Assembly: GCA_913009335.1 (NCBI GenBank)
Contig: CAJVXN010000007.1
Location: forward strand, 1-59,855
Reading direction: 5' to 3'
From: an uncultured bacterium
GTDB lineage: Bacteria > Omnitrophota > Gorgyraeia > Ghiorseimicrobiales > Ghiorseimicrobiaceae
DNA length: 59,855 nucleotides
In this document: positions 49,437 through 58,516 of the stretch, one piece after another
Layout of the letters: each line of letters begins with the position of its first letter
How positions within the stretch are numbered: the first letter of the stretch is position 1
Made by a program: the position numbers and the translations under genes
The notes under the pieces: generated by a model
The model's database searches: none
What the model was told of the DNA's origin: nothing
What the model saw: only the letters and a program-made list of their open reading frames with translations

Positions 49437-49488
49437 CCCGCTCTTCCTTTCTTCTGCTTATCCCTGCCCTTAGGAAGGGCTGGGTTCA
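49432..49488 (-). mobile_element. short TGAA-flanked inverted-repeat element (49-nt body at 49436-49484)
   Basis: mRNA sense: TGAA|CCCAGCCCTTCCTAAGGGCAGGGATAAGCAGAAGAAAGGAAGAGCGGGG|TGAA. The left TGA is the hisF stop. Confidence 0.6.
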
Positions 49489-50259
49489 TATCCTCACACT
49501 TACTCCTTTTTCCGAAAGATAATTCTTAACGCCGGCAATAGAAAGTTGACGATAATGAAATAAAGATGCCGCCAAAGCCGCGTCCGCGCAGCCCTTAGTT
49601 AATACATCATAAAAATCCGAAACACTTCCTGCGCCCCCTGAGGCAATCACGGGGATCTTAACGGCACCTGATACGGCCTTAGTTAATTCCAAGTCATAAC
49701 CATTCTTCGTACCATCAGCATCCATACTCGTAAGTAAAATCTCCCCTGCTCCCAACTTCTCTGCTTTTTTTATCCATTCAATAGCATCTAACTCTGTAGG
49801 GGTCCTTCCACCGTTTATATAAAGCTCCCAGCCAGGCGGTTTACCTTCCTGGGGTTCTCTTCGTTTAGCGTCAACCGCAATTACAATACACTGACTTCCG
49901 AAACGACGGGAAGTCGCTGATATTAAATCAGGATGCTTTATTGCGGCAGTATTCATAGAAACCTTATCCGCCCCCGCGTTAAGTAAATCCCGGATATCCT
50001 CAGTATTACAAACGCCTCCGCCTACGGTAAATGGCATAAAAATGCTCTCGGCAACTCTTTTAACTACATCTATCATTATTCCGCGCTTATCCGAACTTGC
50101 CGTAATATCTAAAAAAACCAGCTCATCGGCACCTTCACTATCATAATAAATCGCACTTTCGACAGGATCTCCGGCGTCCTTTAATTCTTTAAATTTGACA
50201 CCTTTAACAACGCGTCCGTCTTTTACATCCAAACAAGGGATTATTCTCTTAGTTAACAT
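49486..50259 (-). CDS. hisF: imidazole glycerol phosphate synthase cyclase subunit
   Basis: Begins [20 protein letters not shown] and is 257 aa. Confidence 0.95.
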   Translation of the reverse strand: MLTKRIIPCLDVKDGRVVKGVKFKELKDAGDPVESAIYYDSEGADELVFLDITASSDKRGIMIDVVKRVAESIFMPFTVGGGVCNTEDIRDLLNAGADKVSMNTAAIKHPDLISATSRRFGSQCIVIAVDAKRREPQEGKPPGWELYINGGRTPTELDAIEWIKKAEKLGAGEILLTSMDADGTKNGYDLELTKAVSGAVKIPVIASGGAGSVSDFYDVLTKGCADAALAASLFHYRQLSIAGVKNYLSEKGVSVRI

Positions 50260-50265
50260 TGCCTT

Positions 50266-51006
50266 TTATAAATTAATAACCTCTTTTAAACTGAATTTAT
50301 TTTCGTACAAGGCCTTTCCAATAATTACACCGTCTAGACCCATAACTTTCAGGCTTTTAAGCTGCTTTATATCATCTAATGAGGAAATACCACCTGCCAT
50401 AATCACAGACATCTTAACCCCTGAATCACGCATCTGACTCAAATAAGTTCCCAATTTAGATGTCTGGGGACCGGCCAAAGTACCGTCTCTTTCAATATCG
50501 GTATAGATTATCCTATTTATGCCTATTTTTGAAATAACCTTTACAAAGCTAAGCAAACTGCTTTGCTGGCCAGCATCTTCAATCCACCCTTTTAAAGCAA
50601 CAGTTCCTTTACCTGTTATATCTACGCTAACAATAATTTTATCATTATACTCCCTTACTATTTCTTCGAGTAAAGGCCTATCCTCAAAAGCTACAGTTCC
50701 TAAAACAACCCTTGCAGCCCCTAAATCTATTAGTTTTTTAATAGTCTCCTTATCTCTAATCCCTCCACCAACCTCAAATGGAATATTGATTGCCTGAGCA
50801 ATCTTATTAATACTTTCTAAATTCTTTAGCTCACCGGAATATGCCCCGTCTAAATCTACAACGTGTAAAAACTTGGCTCCTTCTTCTTGCCACCTACGAG
50901 CTGCATCTTCCGGCTTATCAGAATACTCAGTAACTTTATCAAAGTCACCTTTCCATAATCTAACTGCCTTACCATTTTTTATATCGACCGCGGGAATTAT
51001 TAACAT
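50266..51006 (-). CDS. hisA: ProFAR isomerase
   Basis: Begins MLIIPAVDIKNGKAVRL and is 246 aa. Confidence 0.93.
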   Translation of the reverse strand: MLIIPAVDIKNGKAVRLWKGDFDKVTEYSDKPEDAARRWQEEGAKFLHVVDLDGAYSGELKNLESINKIAQAINIPFEVGGGIRDKETIKKLIDLGAARVVLGTVAFEDRPLLEEIVREYNDKIIVSVDITGKGTVALKGWIEDAGQQSSLLSFVKVISKIGINRIIYTDIERDGTLAGPQTSKLGTYLSQMRDSGVKMSVIMAGGISSLDDIKQLKSLKVMGLDGVIIGKALYENKFSLKEVINL

Positions 51007-51007
51007 A

Positions 51008-51613
51008 TTAAAGTTTAATAAAATTCTCTAAGATTTTTAATCCTGTTTTCTGACTCTTCTCCGGATGAAACTGTATGCCGAAGATATTATCCTTTGAAAT
51101 TATTGATGCGAATTTAGCACCATAATCAGTTGTTGTAATAATTATACCTTTATCATCCGGGCAAACATAATAGGAATGACAGAAATACACATAGCTTTTA
51201 TCTTCTATTGCCTTCAATAAAGGATTATCTCCATTTTTCTCTATCTGGTTCCATCCAATATGAGGAACTTTTATTCCTTCATCTTTAAATCTCACTACCT
51301 GGCCGGGAATTAAGCCAAGCCCAGCCTCGCCCGGGGCCTCCTGACTACTATCAAGCAATAAATGCATACCTAAACAAATACCTAAAAAAAGCAGTCCTTG
51401 TTTAATTTTATCCTTTATAAGCTTATCTAAACTTCTTTTTTTTAGTTCAGTTGCGGCATCGCCGAATGCGCCTACTCCCGGTAAGATAATTTTATCCGCT
51501 GTATCAAAATCCTGAGCATTTACAATAATCCTGGTATCGGCACCAAAAGAATTACAGGCCTTTACAACACTACCCAAATTTCCCATTCCGTAGTCGATTA
51601 CAGCAATTTTCAC
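51008..51613 (-). CDS. hisH: imidazole glycerol phosphate synthase glutaminase subunit
   Basis: From the GTG at 51611-51613 the protein reads MKIAVIDYGMGNLGSV, the canonical HisH start. The alternative in-frame ATG at 51658 lies inside the repeat element. Confidence 0.88.
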   Translation of the reverse strand: MKIAVIDYGMGNLGSVVKACNSFGADTRIIVNAQDFDTADKIILPGVGAFGDAATELKKRSLDKLIKDKIKQGLLFLGICLGMHLLLDSSQEAPGEAGLGLIPGQVVRFKDEGIKVPHIGWNQIEKNGDNPLLKAIEDKSYVYFCHSYYVCPDDKGIIITTTDYGAKFASIISKDNIFGIQFHPEKSQKTGLKILENFIKL

Positions 51614-51738
51614 CCCGTTAGAGATTTGATCTCCTTTAGTTTTATGTAATGTACCCATAATTATAGAAACTATCCCGTTTATAAAGTCTCTGCCTTATTA
51701 GACGGTCACCTCTGGTGACCTATCTCTAACGGGGTTCA
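51609..51738 (-). mobile_element. long TGAA-flanked inverted-repeat element (122-nt body at 51613-51734)
   Basis: Perfect 13-bp terminal inverted repeat CCCCGTTAGAGAT / ATCTCTAACGGGG. An internal hairpin GGTCACC-TCT-GGTGACC is at 51704-51720. Confidence 0.6.
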
Positions 51739-51739
51739 T

Positions 51740-52357
51740 TTAATCAATTATACCTTTAGTAGAAGGAACACCTTTTCTGCGAGGTTCAATTGAACTTGCT
51801 TGGTCTAGCGCCAAACCCAAAGCTTTAAATACAGCCTCAAAAAGATGATGCGAATCTATTTCACCTTCTTTAGTTTGATATTCAATATACAGATTCACAC
51901 CAAGATGTTTTGCCAAGTTATCTAAAAATTCTTTTTTAAGCTCTGCCGAAGTTAGATCTAAATTGTCTTTTACTAATTTTCCCAAACCATCCGGATCATG
52001 CCAGACAAAAGAATGCCTTCCGCCCAAATCAACAGAAACCTTAGCCAGGACTTCATCCATAGGAACAGACGCAGTTCCGTATCTTCGTATCCCCGAATAA
52101 TCACCTAAAGCATCTTTAAACGAATCACCTAAAACAATAGCGATATCTTCTAAGATATGATGCGTTAAATCTCCTCCTGCCTCTAAAGTCAAATCAAAAA
52201 AGCCATGAAAAGCAAATAAAACAAGTAAGTGGTCCAAAGATTCAAAACCGGTTTTAATCTTAATATTTTTAAGTTCACCGCTTCCATCAATTACTAAATT
52301 ACCATTTATTTCTACTTCATTTGTTTTACGCTCTATTTTTGATTCTCTTTTTTTCAT
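51740..52357 (-). CDS. hisB: imidazoleglycerol-phosphate dehydratase
   Basis: 205 aa with DHLL, HHILEDIAI and HHLFEA motifs. Confidence 0.92.
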   Translation of the reverse strand: MKKRESKIERKTNEVEINGNLVIDGSGELKNIKIKTGFESLDHLLVLFAFHGFFDLTLEAGGDLTHHILEDIAIVLGDSFKDALGDYSGIRRYGTASVPMDEVLAKVSVDLGGRHSFVWHDPDGLGKLVKDNLDLTSAELKKEFLDNLAKHLGVNLYIEYQTKEGEIDSHHLFEAVFKALGLALDQASSIEPRRKGVPSTKGIID

Positions 52358-53589
52358 TTTTTCTCTCCTTCAAATCTCACCTTAACAGACTCGGCATGTT
52401 TTTTTAAGCTTTCAATTTCGGCTAACTTTTCTAAAGGCGTCCTAACTTTTTCAAGAGCCCTTCTGGAATATGAAATAATGTGGCTTGATTTCATAAAATC
52501 AGATAAAGATAACCCTGAGAAAAATCTAGCTGTTCCTGTTGTAGGAAGTACGTGAGACGGCCCCGCGACGTAATCGCCGGCTGCAACGGGTGTAAAATCG
52601 CCTAAAAATATTGCACCGGCATTTTCTATCTTCAAAAGGAACTTCTTAGGATTCTTAAGCATAATCTCTAAATGTTCCGGCGCAATGCGATTAGAAATTT
52701 CAGCTGCCTCATTTAAATTCTTAGCAAGAATAATATACCCTGAAGAAACTCTATTTTTTATCTCTTTCGCAAGATGCTTACTTGTCGTAATTAATATAGC
52801 CAGACCATTTAAGTGTTCTGCCTGCGCGGCTAAATCAGCGGCAACATATGCTACATTAGCATTATGACGGGCTACAACTACCAGCTCCGTAGGACCGGCA
52901 ACCATATCAATACCTACAAATCCAAACACCTGGCGCTTGGCTTCAGTTACATACCTATTACCCGGACCAACAATTTTATCAACCTTTGGTATTGTCTTAG
53001 TGCCGAAAGCTAATGCCGCAATAGCCTGAGCTCCTCCGATTTTATAAATCTCTTTGACTTTTAATAAATCCGCAACAACCAGTATATGAGGATTGATATT
53101 ACCGCTTGCGTCCGGAGGGCTTACCAGTACGATTTTCTCCACTCCTGCCAGCTTTGCCGGAAGAACACTCATATAAACAGAAGACACTAAAGGAGCGGTA
53201 CCCGCGGGAACATAAACTCCCACGCTTCCTAACGCGGTCAACTTCTCACCCAGAATAACTCCGTCTTCATCCTTTATCTTCCAGGATTTACGTATCTGTT
53301 TTTTATAAAATTTATTTACATTTTCAATCACCATCTTAAGGGTCGATATAAAATCAGGGCTAATATTCTGATAGGCACCGCTTATCTCCGCCTGAGTTAC
53401 ACGGATACCTTTGGAGGTAAGTTTTACCTTATCAAAGCGACGCGTATACTTTATTAACGCTTCATCTCCGGATAAACGCACATCGTCAACAATCTGACGC
53501 ACAACATTCTCAACACGTCCTTTTCGCTGTAAATAGCGAGAGCAAATCTTATCCAGTTCTTTTATGTTTGTTGAACGAATAATTTTCAT
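52354..53589 (-). CDS. hisD: histidinol dehydrogenase
   Basis: 411 aa with GPGNRYV and QAEH motifs. It has ATGA overlaps with both alaS and hisB. Confidence 0.93.
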   Translation of the reverse strand: MKIIRSTNIKELDKICSRYLQRKGRVENVVRQIVDDVRLSGDEALIKYTRRFDKVKLTSKGIRVTQAEISGAYQNISPDFISTLKMVIENVNKFYKKQIRKSWKIKDEDGVILGEKLTALGSVGVYVPAGTAPLVSSVYMSVLPAKLAGVEKIVLVSPPDASGNINPHILVVADLLKVKEIYKIGGAQAIAALAFGTKTIPKVDKIVGPGNRYVTEAKRQVFGFVGIDMVAGPTELVVVARHNANVAYVAADLAAQAEHLNGLAILITTSKHLAKEIKNRVSSGYIILAKNLNEAAEISNRIAPEHLEIMLKNPKKFLLKIENAGAIFLGDFTPVAAGDYVAGPSHVLPTTGTARFFSGLSLSDFMKSSHIISYSRRALEKVRTPLEKLAEIESLKKHAESVKVRFEGEKK

Positions 53590-56183
53590 AATAGCATACC
53601 CTCAATAATTCTCTCTATTTCTTTTGGATTTTTCAATAATCTCTCCCACTCTTCTTCCGTCTTCTCCCAATCTTTATTCTTCATGCCGCCCTGGATTAAA
53701 TCAGGCCTTCCTCCGCCTTTTAAGCCTAGCTTCTTTATAATCTTTTTTGCATCATACCCGCTGCCTTTAACATCTTTCGATAACCCAAGAATAAACAATC
53801 CATTCCCGGAAAAACTGCTAAAGAGAAAGGTGATAAAAGGACATGGAATCTTACTCTTTAATAAATCTAACGCTTTGCGCATATTCTGCATATCGCAAAC
53901 TTTAATATCAGCGATCAAAAGATTAATACCTTTAACAGCCTTAACTTTTTCAAGAATTGACGGGACATCTCTTTCAAACAACTTTAAATAATGATTAGAC
54001 AGATCTTTTTCTAATTTTTTAATATATTTAAATTTGGCTTCTATTTTCAGCAGGAGCTTATCCCGGGAAACTCCAAACTCATCTGCCAGCTTTGAAATTA
54101 CTATCTCATCTTCCTGGAGTTTTTTTTGGGCGAATTTTCCGGTTATTGCTTCAATCCTTCTAACTCCCGAAGCAATAGAACTTTCCGATACAATCTTAAA
54201 TAAACCAATCTGCTCCGTATTATCTAAATGCAAGCCTCCGCAAAGCTCTTTTGAATAATCACCCACCGATACCATTCTTACCGTATCCTGATACTTCTCG
54301 GAAAAAAACGCAAGGGCACCTTCTTTTTTTGCATCACTTAGCGAGAGTTCGCGCTTTATTACTTTATTGTTTAAATAAATATATTCATTAACTAATTCTT
54401 CCACGCGGTTAATCTCTTGCTCACTCATACGTTTAAAATGCGCGAAGTCAAATCTTAAGTATTCATCAGATACCAAAGAGCCTTGTTGCCTGATATGCTC
54501 ACCCAGTACGCGACGCAGCGCGGATTGCAAAAGATGTGTTGCCGTATGGTTTTTCGTAATATCTAACCGAACATCCTTATCAACTATAGCACGAACTTTA
54601 TCACCCTCTTTAAAATTACCCTTTGCTATTTTTACATAATGGATAATAGCATCGTTTATTTTTTTAGTATCATAAACCGCAGCACTCGCGGCATTAGACT
54701 CTATCCTGCCTCTATCGCCAATCTGACCGCCGGACTCAGCATAAAAAGGTGTTAAATCTAAGATTATCTTTGTTTCGTTTTTGTCCGCGATAACATCCAA
54801 GACTTTCGCATCTATTGCGTCAGTTTCATAACCCACGAATTCCGTCTTAAAATCTATATCCGCGCTTCTTGCCCCTCCAAATACATCAGCTACTATACTG
54901 CTTGCTTCTTTAGATTGAATACGCCTTTCCTGCATCAACTTAGCTACTGCCTGCTGATCAAACTTAATCCCTTTTTCTTTCAACAGCTCCAAAGGATATC
55001 CGTGTGTATCATAAAGCATAAATGCTTCTTGGGGCGAAAGTTTACTTTTGTCTCCTACAATCCGCTCACCTTCAGAAAGTGTCTGGGCAAATCTTTCCTC
55101 CTCAGCCTTAATAACCAAAGAAATATTCTCACGATGAGCTTCCATCTCCGGATAAACCTCTTTCATAACCTTAACAACAATAGGTACAATCTTATACATA
55201 AACGGTTTTTCACATCCTAAGCCCATTGCCTTAAAATAAGCCCGACGGATAAGTTTCCTAATAACATACCCTCTTTCCTCGTTTGAAGGCATAACGCCGT
55301 CCGAGATAGCGAATACTGCGGCACGGACATGATCGGCTATTGCATACAGCTGTCTCTCTATTTTTTTAGCTATAATACTCTGAGAAAGCCCTAAAGCGCT
55401 TTTTATTGATTCTATTATCGGCTCAAATATATCAATCTCAAAATTCGTCTTCTTCCCCTGAAGCACTGCCGCCATACGCTCAAGACCCATACCCGTATCA
55501 ATATTCTTCTGAGGCAAAGGCTCTAATTTATTCGGCCCAATACGGTTAAACTGTGTAAATACTAAATTCCAGACCTCAACAAATCTTCCACAGTCACAAG
55601 CAAGAGAACAATCAGGCTTTTTACAACCTTCGCTCTTACCCCAATCATAAAAAATCTCCGAGCATGGTCCGCAGGGCCCATTTGGCCCGTCAGCTATAGC
55701 ATTAGCCGGCCAGAAATTATCCTTATCACCAAACTTTACGATTTTTTCTTCAGGGATTTTTACTAAATCCCGCCATATTCTATAGGCCTCATCATCATCC
55801 TTGTAGACTGATACCCATAACTTTTCTGATGGCACCTCTAAAACTTCATGTATAAATTCCCAACCCCAAAGAATTGCTTCTTCTTTAAAATAATCCCCAA
55901 AAGAAAAATTGCCTAACATTTCAAAGAACGTATGATGACTGCTTGTCCTGCCTACATTATCAAGATCCCCGGTCCGTAAACACTTTTGACAACTAGCAGC
56001 GCGGCGAAAATCACCCACTTCACCTAAAAACTGTTTCTTAAACTGGCTCATCCCTGCCGAAGTAAATAAAACAGTTAGGTCATCCTGAGGAATGAGGGAA
56101 TCCGAAGATATAACTCTATGCCCTTTTGATTTGAAAAAATCGAGGAAATCACTCCTTAATTTATCAGTCGTCTTAATCTTCAC
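53586..56183 (-). CDS. alaS: alanyl-tRNA synthetase
   Basis: 865 aa containing LRSDFLDFFKSKGH. The GTG start at 56181-56183 is formed by the repeat-element end. Confidence 0.93.
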   Translation of the reverse strand: MKIKTTDKLRSDFLDFFKSKGHRVISSDSLIPQDDLTVLFTSAGMSQFKKQFLGEVGDFRRAASCQKCLRTGDLDNVGRTSSHHTFFEMLGNFSFGDYFKEEAILWGWEFIHEVLEVPSEKLWVSVYKDDDEAYRIWRDLVKIPEEKIVKFGDKDNFWPANAIADGPNGPCGPCSEIFYDWGKSEGCKKPDCSLACDCGRFVEVWNLVFTQFNRIGPNKLEPLPQKNIDTGMGLERMAAVLQGKKTNFEIDIFEPIIESIKSALGLSQSIIAKKIERQLYAIADHVRAAVFAISDGVMPSNEERGYVIRKLIRRAYFKAMGLGCEKPFMYKIVPIVVKVMKEVYPEMEAHRENISLVIKAEEERFAQTLSEGERIVGDKSKLSPQEAFMLYDTHGYPLELLKEKGIKFDQQAVAKLMQERRIQSKEASSIVADVFGGARSADIDFKTEFVGYETDAIDAKVLDVIADKNETKIILDLTPFYAESGGQIGDRGRIESNAASAAVYDTKKINDAIIHYVKIAKGNFKEGDKVRAIVDKDVRLDITKNHTATHLLQSALRRVLGEHIRQQGSLVSDEYLRFDFAHFKRMSEQEINRVEELVNEYIYLNNKVIKRELSLSDAKKEGALAFFSEKYQDTVRMVSVGDYSKELCGGLHLDNTEQIGLFKIVSESSIASGVRRIEAITGKFAQKKLQEDEIVISKLADEFGVSRDKLLLKIEAKFKYIKKLEKDLSNHYLKLFERDVPSILEKVKAVKGINLLIADIKVCDMQNMRKALDLLKSKIPCPFITFLFSSFSGNGLFILGLSKDVKGSGYDAKKIIKKLGLKGGGRPDLIQGGMKNKDWEKTEEEWERLLKNPKEIERIIEGMLL

Positions 56184-56287
56184 CCCGCTCTTCCTTCCTT
56201 CTATCTATCCCTGCCCTTAGGAAGGGCGGGGTTCACCCCGTCCTTCCTTCTCAAGTTTATCCCGTCCTCTAAGAAGGACTGGGTTTA
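56179..56287 (-). mobile_element. tandem dimer of short inverted-repeat elements (bodies at 56236-56283 and 56183-56231)
   Basis: mRNA sense: TAAA|CCCAGTCC...GGACGGGG|TGAA|CCCCGCCC...GAGCGGGG|TGAA. The leftmost TAA is the recX stop. Confidence 0.6.
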
Positions 56288-56770
56288 CAAACTATCTATG
56301 ACATCCGTTACAACATCAGGGCTAAAACCCCGGCGCAGAAGAAATCCTTCTATTCTTTGTTTTTCCTTACAATCAAATTTAGCTGATATTATCTTTTTAA
56401 ATTTACTCCTTACTAAATTTAATATTACATCATATTCTGAATAATTTTTGCTTACCTCGGAAAATACGGAATCTATTATTTTTCCATCAACACCCTTTTG
56501 CCTTAATTCAAACCTAAGTTTTCGAAAACCTAAAGGCTTTTTAATCCTTTGACTTACCCACCTGGCAGCAAAATTAAAATCATCCAGATAGCCGGATTTT
56601 TTCAATGAAATTATTACTTGATCTATTATAAGACTACTAAACTTGTTCTCTTTTAACTTAATAAGTAATTCTTCCTCTGAACGTAATCGGACTTTTAACA
56701 GGCGGGATACATAGCTTATTGCTTTGCGTAATCCTGGCATATCCGGTATACCTTTAGCGCAATCACTCAT
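56285..56770 (-). CDS. recX: RecA regulator RecX
   Basis: 161 aa with three-helix repeats (YLDDFNFAARWV, LRQKGV, LLRRGF). It sits between recA and alaS as in many bacteria. Confidence 0.8.
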   Translation of the reverse strand: MSDCAKGIPDMPGLRKAISYVSRLLKVRLRSEEELLIKLKENKFSSLIIDQVIISLKKSGYLDDFNFAARWVSQRIKKPLGFRKLRFELRQKGVDGKIIDSVFSEVSKNYSEYDVILNLVRSKFKKIISAKFDCKEKQRIEGFLLRRGFSPDVVTDVIDSL

Positions 56771-56777
56771 CTTAGAT

Positions 56778-58289
56778 TTATTTAGCCTTTATAACCAAAT
56801 AACCGCGCTTGGTACGGATAAGGGCGACTGCCTTAACACGTTTTATAGTACGCTGAAAATCATCCACATCGGTAATCTTATCTTTATTTATCGCCTCTAT
56901 AACATCCCCTGCCAACAAACCAGCATCATCTGCAAAACTATCCGGCTCTACATCAACAACAATTACTCCTTCATTACTCTCTAGGCCAAGTTGCTCCTGT
57001 AATTCTGAATCAATATTTTTAACGCTCAAACCTCTCCAGCTTTCTTCTGTCTTTTTTCTTTTTGTTAAAGAAATATCTTTCGCATCATCCGGACGCTCAC
57101 CGATTTTTACCGTAATAATCTTTTCTTTTTTATCACGCAAAATATTAAGTTTTACTTTTTTACCTACGTCCGCATCACCTACTACCTTTAGAAGTTTACG
57201 CAAAGAGACAATCTTCTTACCATCAAAGGTTAAGATTATATCACCGCTTTTAATACCCGCATTATCTGCAGGGCCATCCTTTATTGCTTCGTTTACCAAA
57301 ACTCCCGTTTTATCAAGTAGGCCAAAATATTCCGCCAACTCTTCATCTAAATCTTGCACACTAACTCCCAACCATCCATAAAGTATCTTTTTCCCTTCAA
57401 TGAGGCGATCAAGAATTCTTTTAGCGCTATTGCTGGGAATAGCAAAACCTATTCCTTGATATCCTCCGGAAGTGGAGAATATAGCTACGTTTATGCCAAC
57501 AACCTCACCACGAAGATTAACCAATGGCCCGCCGGAATTACCGGGATTTATTGCTGCATCAGTCTGAATTAGATCATTAAAATCTTTCCCTCGGCTTAAA
57601 CCTCTTCCTAAAGAACGATTAATAGCACTAACTACTCCAACGGTTACCGTAGGCTCTGAACTATACATAGCAAAACCAAAAGGATTTCCAATAGCTATTA
57701 CCCATTGACCAATTTTTATATTATCGGAATCTCCGAGTTTTGCCACGGGTAAATTATTGGCATCTATTTTTATTACAGCTAAATCCGCCCTGGCATCTTT
57801 CCCTTTTACCTCTCCCTTAAATTCTCTGCCATCCGGTAAAACCACCATTATTTTATCCGCATCAGCAATCACGTGCTCATTAGTTAAAATATACCCCTTT
57901 TCATCAATAATAACTCCGGAACCTAATGCCGGAGGCTGCTTAAACTCCCGTTGCGGCATCTCTCCAAAAAAATCGTCAAAAAATCTCCCAAAAAGATCAT
58001 TATCAGATGGTGCGCCAAATTGGAATCTTCTATACCCCGATAATGTTTTTTCTGCATGCTCAACAGTTATTGAAACTACCGCCGGGCCTACGTTTTCCGC
58101 CACATTGATAACGGCATTTTCGATGCTAAATGTATTGGCGCTTAATTGAGCCTCATCTACAGAGCCTTTTGAAGAAATAACAGCGCCTGCCTTAGAAAAC
58201 ACATCTAGCCTTGCGCAAAGAAAAATACCAGCTAAAACACCTAAACTAAAAACTCCTACCCATGCTACCCTATGTTTTAATCTACGCAT
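56778..58289 (-). CDS. HtrA/DegP-family serine protease with two PDZ domains
   Basis: 503 aa with an N-terminal TM/signal segment, the catalytic contexts TNEHV and GNSGGPLVN, and two PDZ-like segments. Confidence 0.9.
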   Translation of the reverse strand: MRRLKHRVAWVGVFSLGVLAGIFLCARLDVFSKAGAVISSKGSVDEAQLSANTFSIENAVINVAENVGPAVVSITVEHAEKTLSGYRRFQFGAPSDNDLFGRFFDDFFGEMPQREFKQPPALGSGVIIDEKGYILTNEHVIADADKIMVVLPDGREFKGEVKGKDARADLAVIKIDANNLPVAKLGDSDNIKIGQWVIAIGNPFGFAMYSSEPTVTVGVVSAINRSLGRGLSRGKDFNDLIQTDAAINPGNSGGPLVNLRGEVVGINVAIFSTSGGYQGIGFAIPSNSAKRILDRLIEGKKILYGWLGVSVQDLDEELAEYFGLLDKTGVLVNEAIKDGPADNAGIKSGDIILTFDGKKIVSLRKLLKVVGDADVGKKVKLNILRDKKEKIITVKIGERPDDAKDISLTKRKKTEESWRGLSVKNIDSELQEQLGLESNEGVIVVDVEPDSFADDAGLLAGDVIEAINKDKITDVDDFQRTIKRVKAVALIRTKRGYLVIKAK

Positions 58290-58376
58290 CTTAATCCAAC
58301 CTCCCCCTGATCAATCTACAATCACACAAGAAAATTCCTCAGCCCTAAAGGCTTCGTCATAACCTTTCTTGTCCAA

Positions 58377-58496
58377 AGGGGCTCAGCCCCTATGGCGCTC
58401 GCCTTCGGCTCTCTGTTACCCCTTGGAAGGGGTGCCTGCACCCCTTCCAAACCTACCCCAGCAGTACAGTAAAATATTTTATACTTTACTGTACTG
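58377..58496 (-). other. three strong hairpins downstream of recA
   Basis: The first, at 58462-58496, has a 12-bp stem CAGTACAGTAAA/TTTACTGTACTG. The second, at 58423-58450, has a 12-bp stem TTGGAAGGGGTG/CACCCCTTCCAA. The third, at 58377-58391, is AGGGGC-TCA-GCCCCT. None has a trailing U-tract. Confidence 0.6.
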
Positions 58497-58516
58497 AAAT
58501 AAATTAATTCGTAAAT

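Noticed and set aside
49432-49488. Considered whether the TGAA-flanked elements upstream of leuD, hisI, hisH and alaS are T-box or amino-acid riboswitch leaders, since all four are amino-acid-related genes.
   Set aside because: The elements are only 47-49 nt long (one is 122 nt). They have no specifier-loop or T-box consensus. The sequence is identical in type in front of genes for different amino acids, and a flanking 4-nt duplication is present. A mobile or structural repeat explains them better. The link to amino-acid genes may be a sampling effect of this window.
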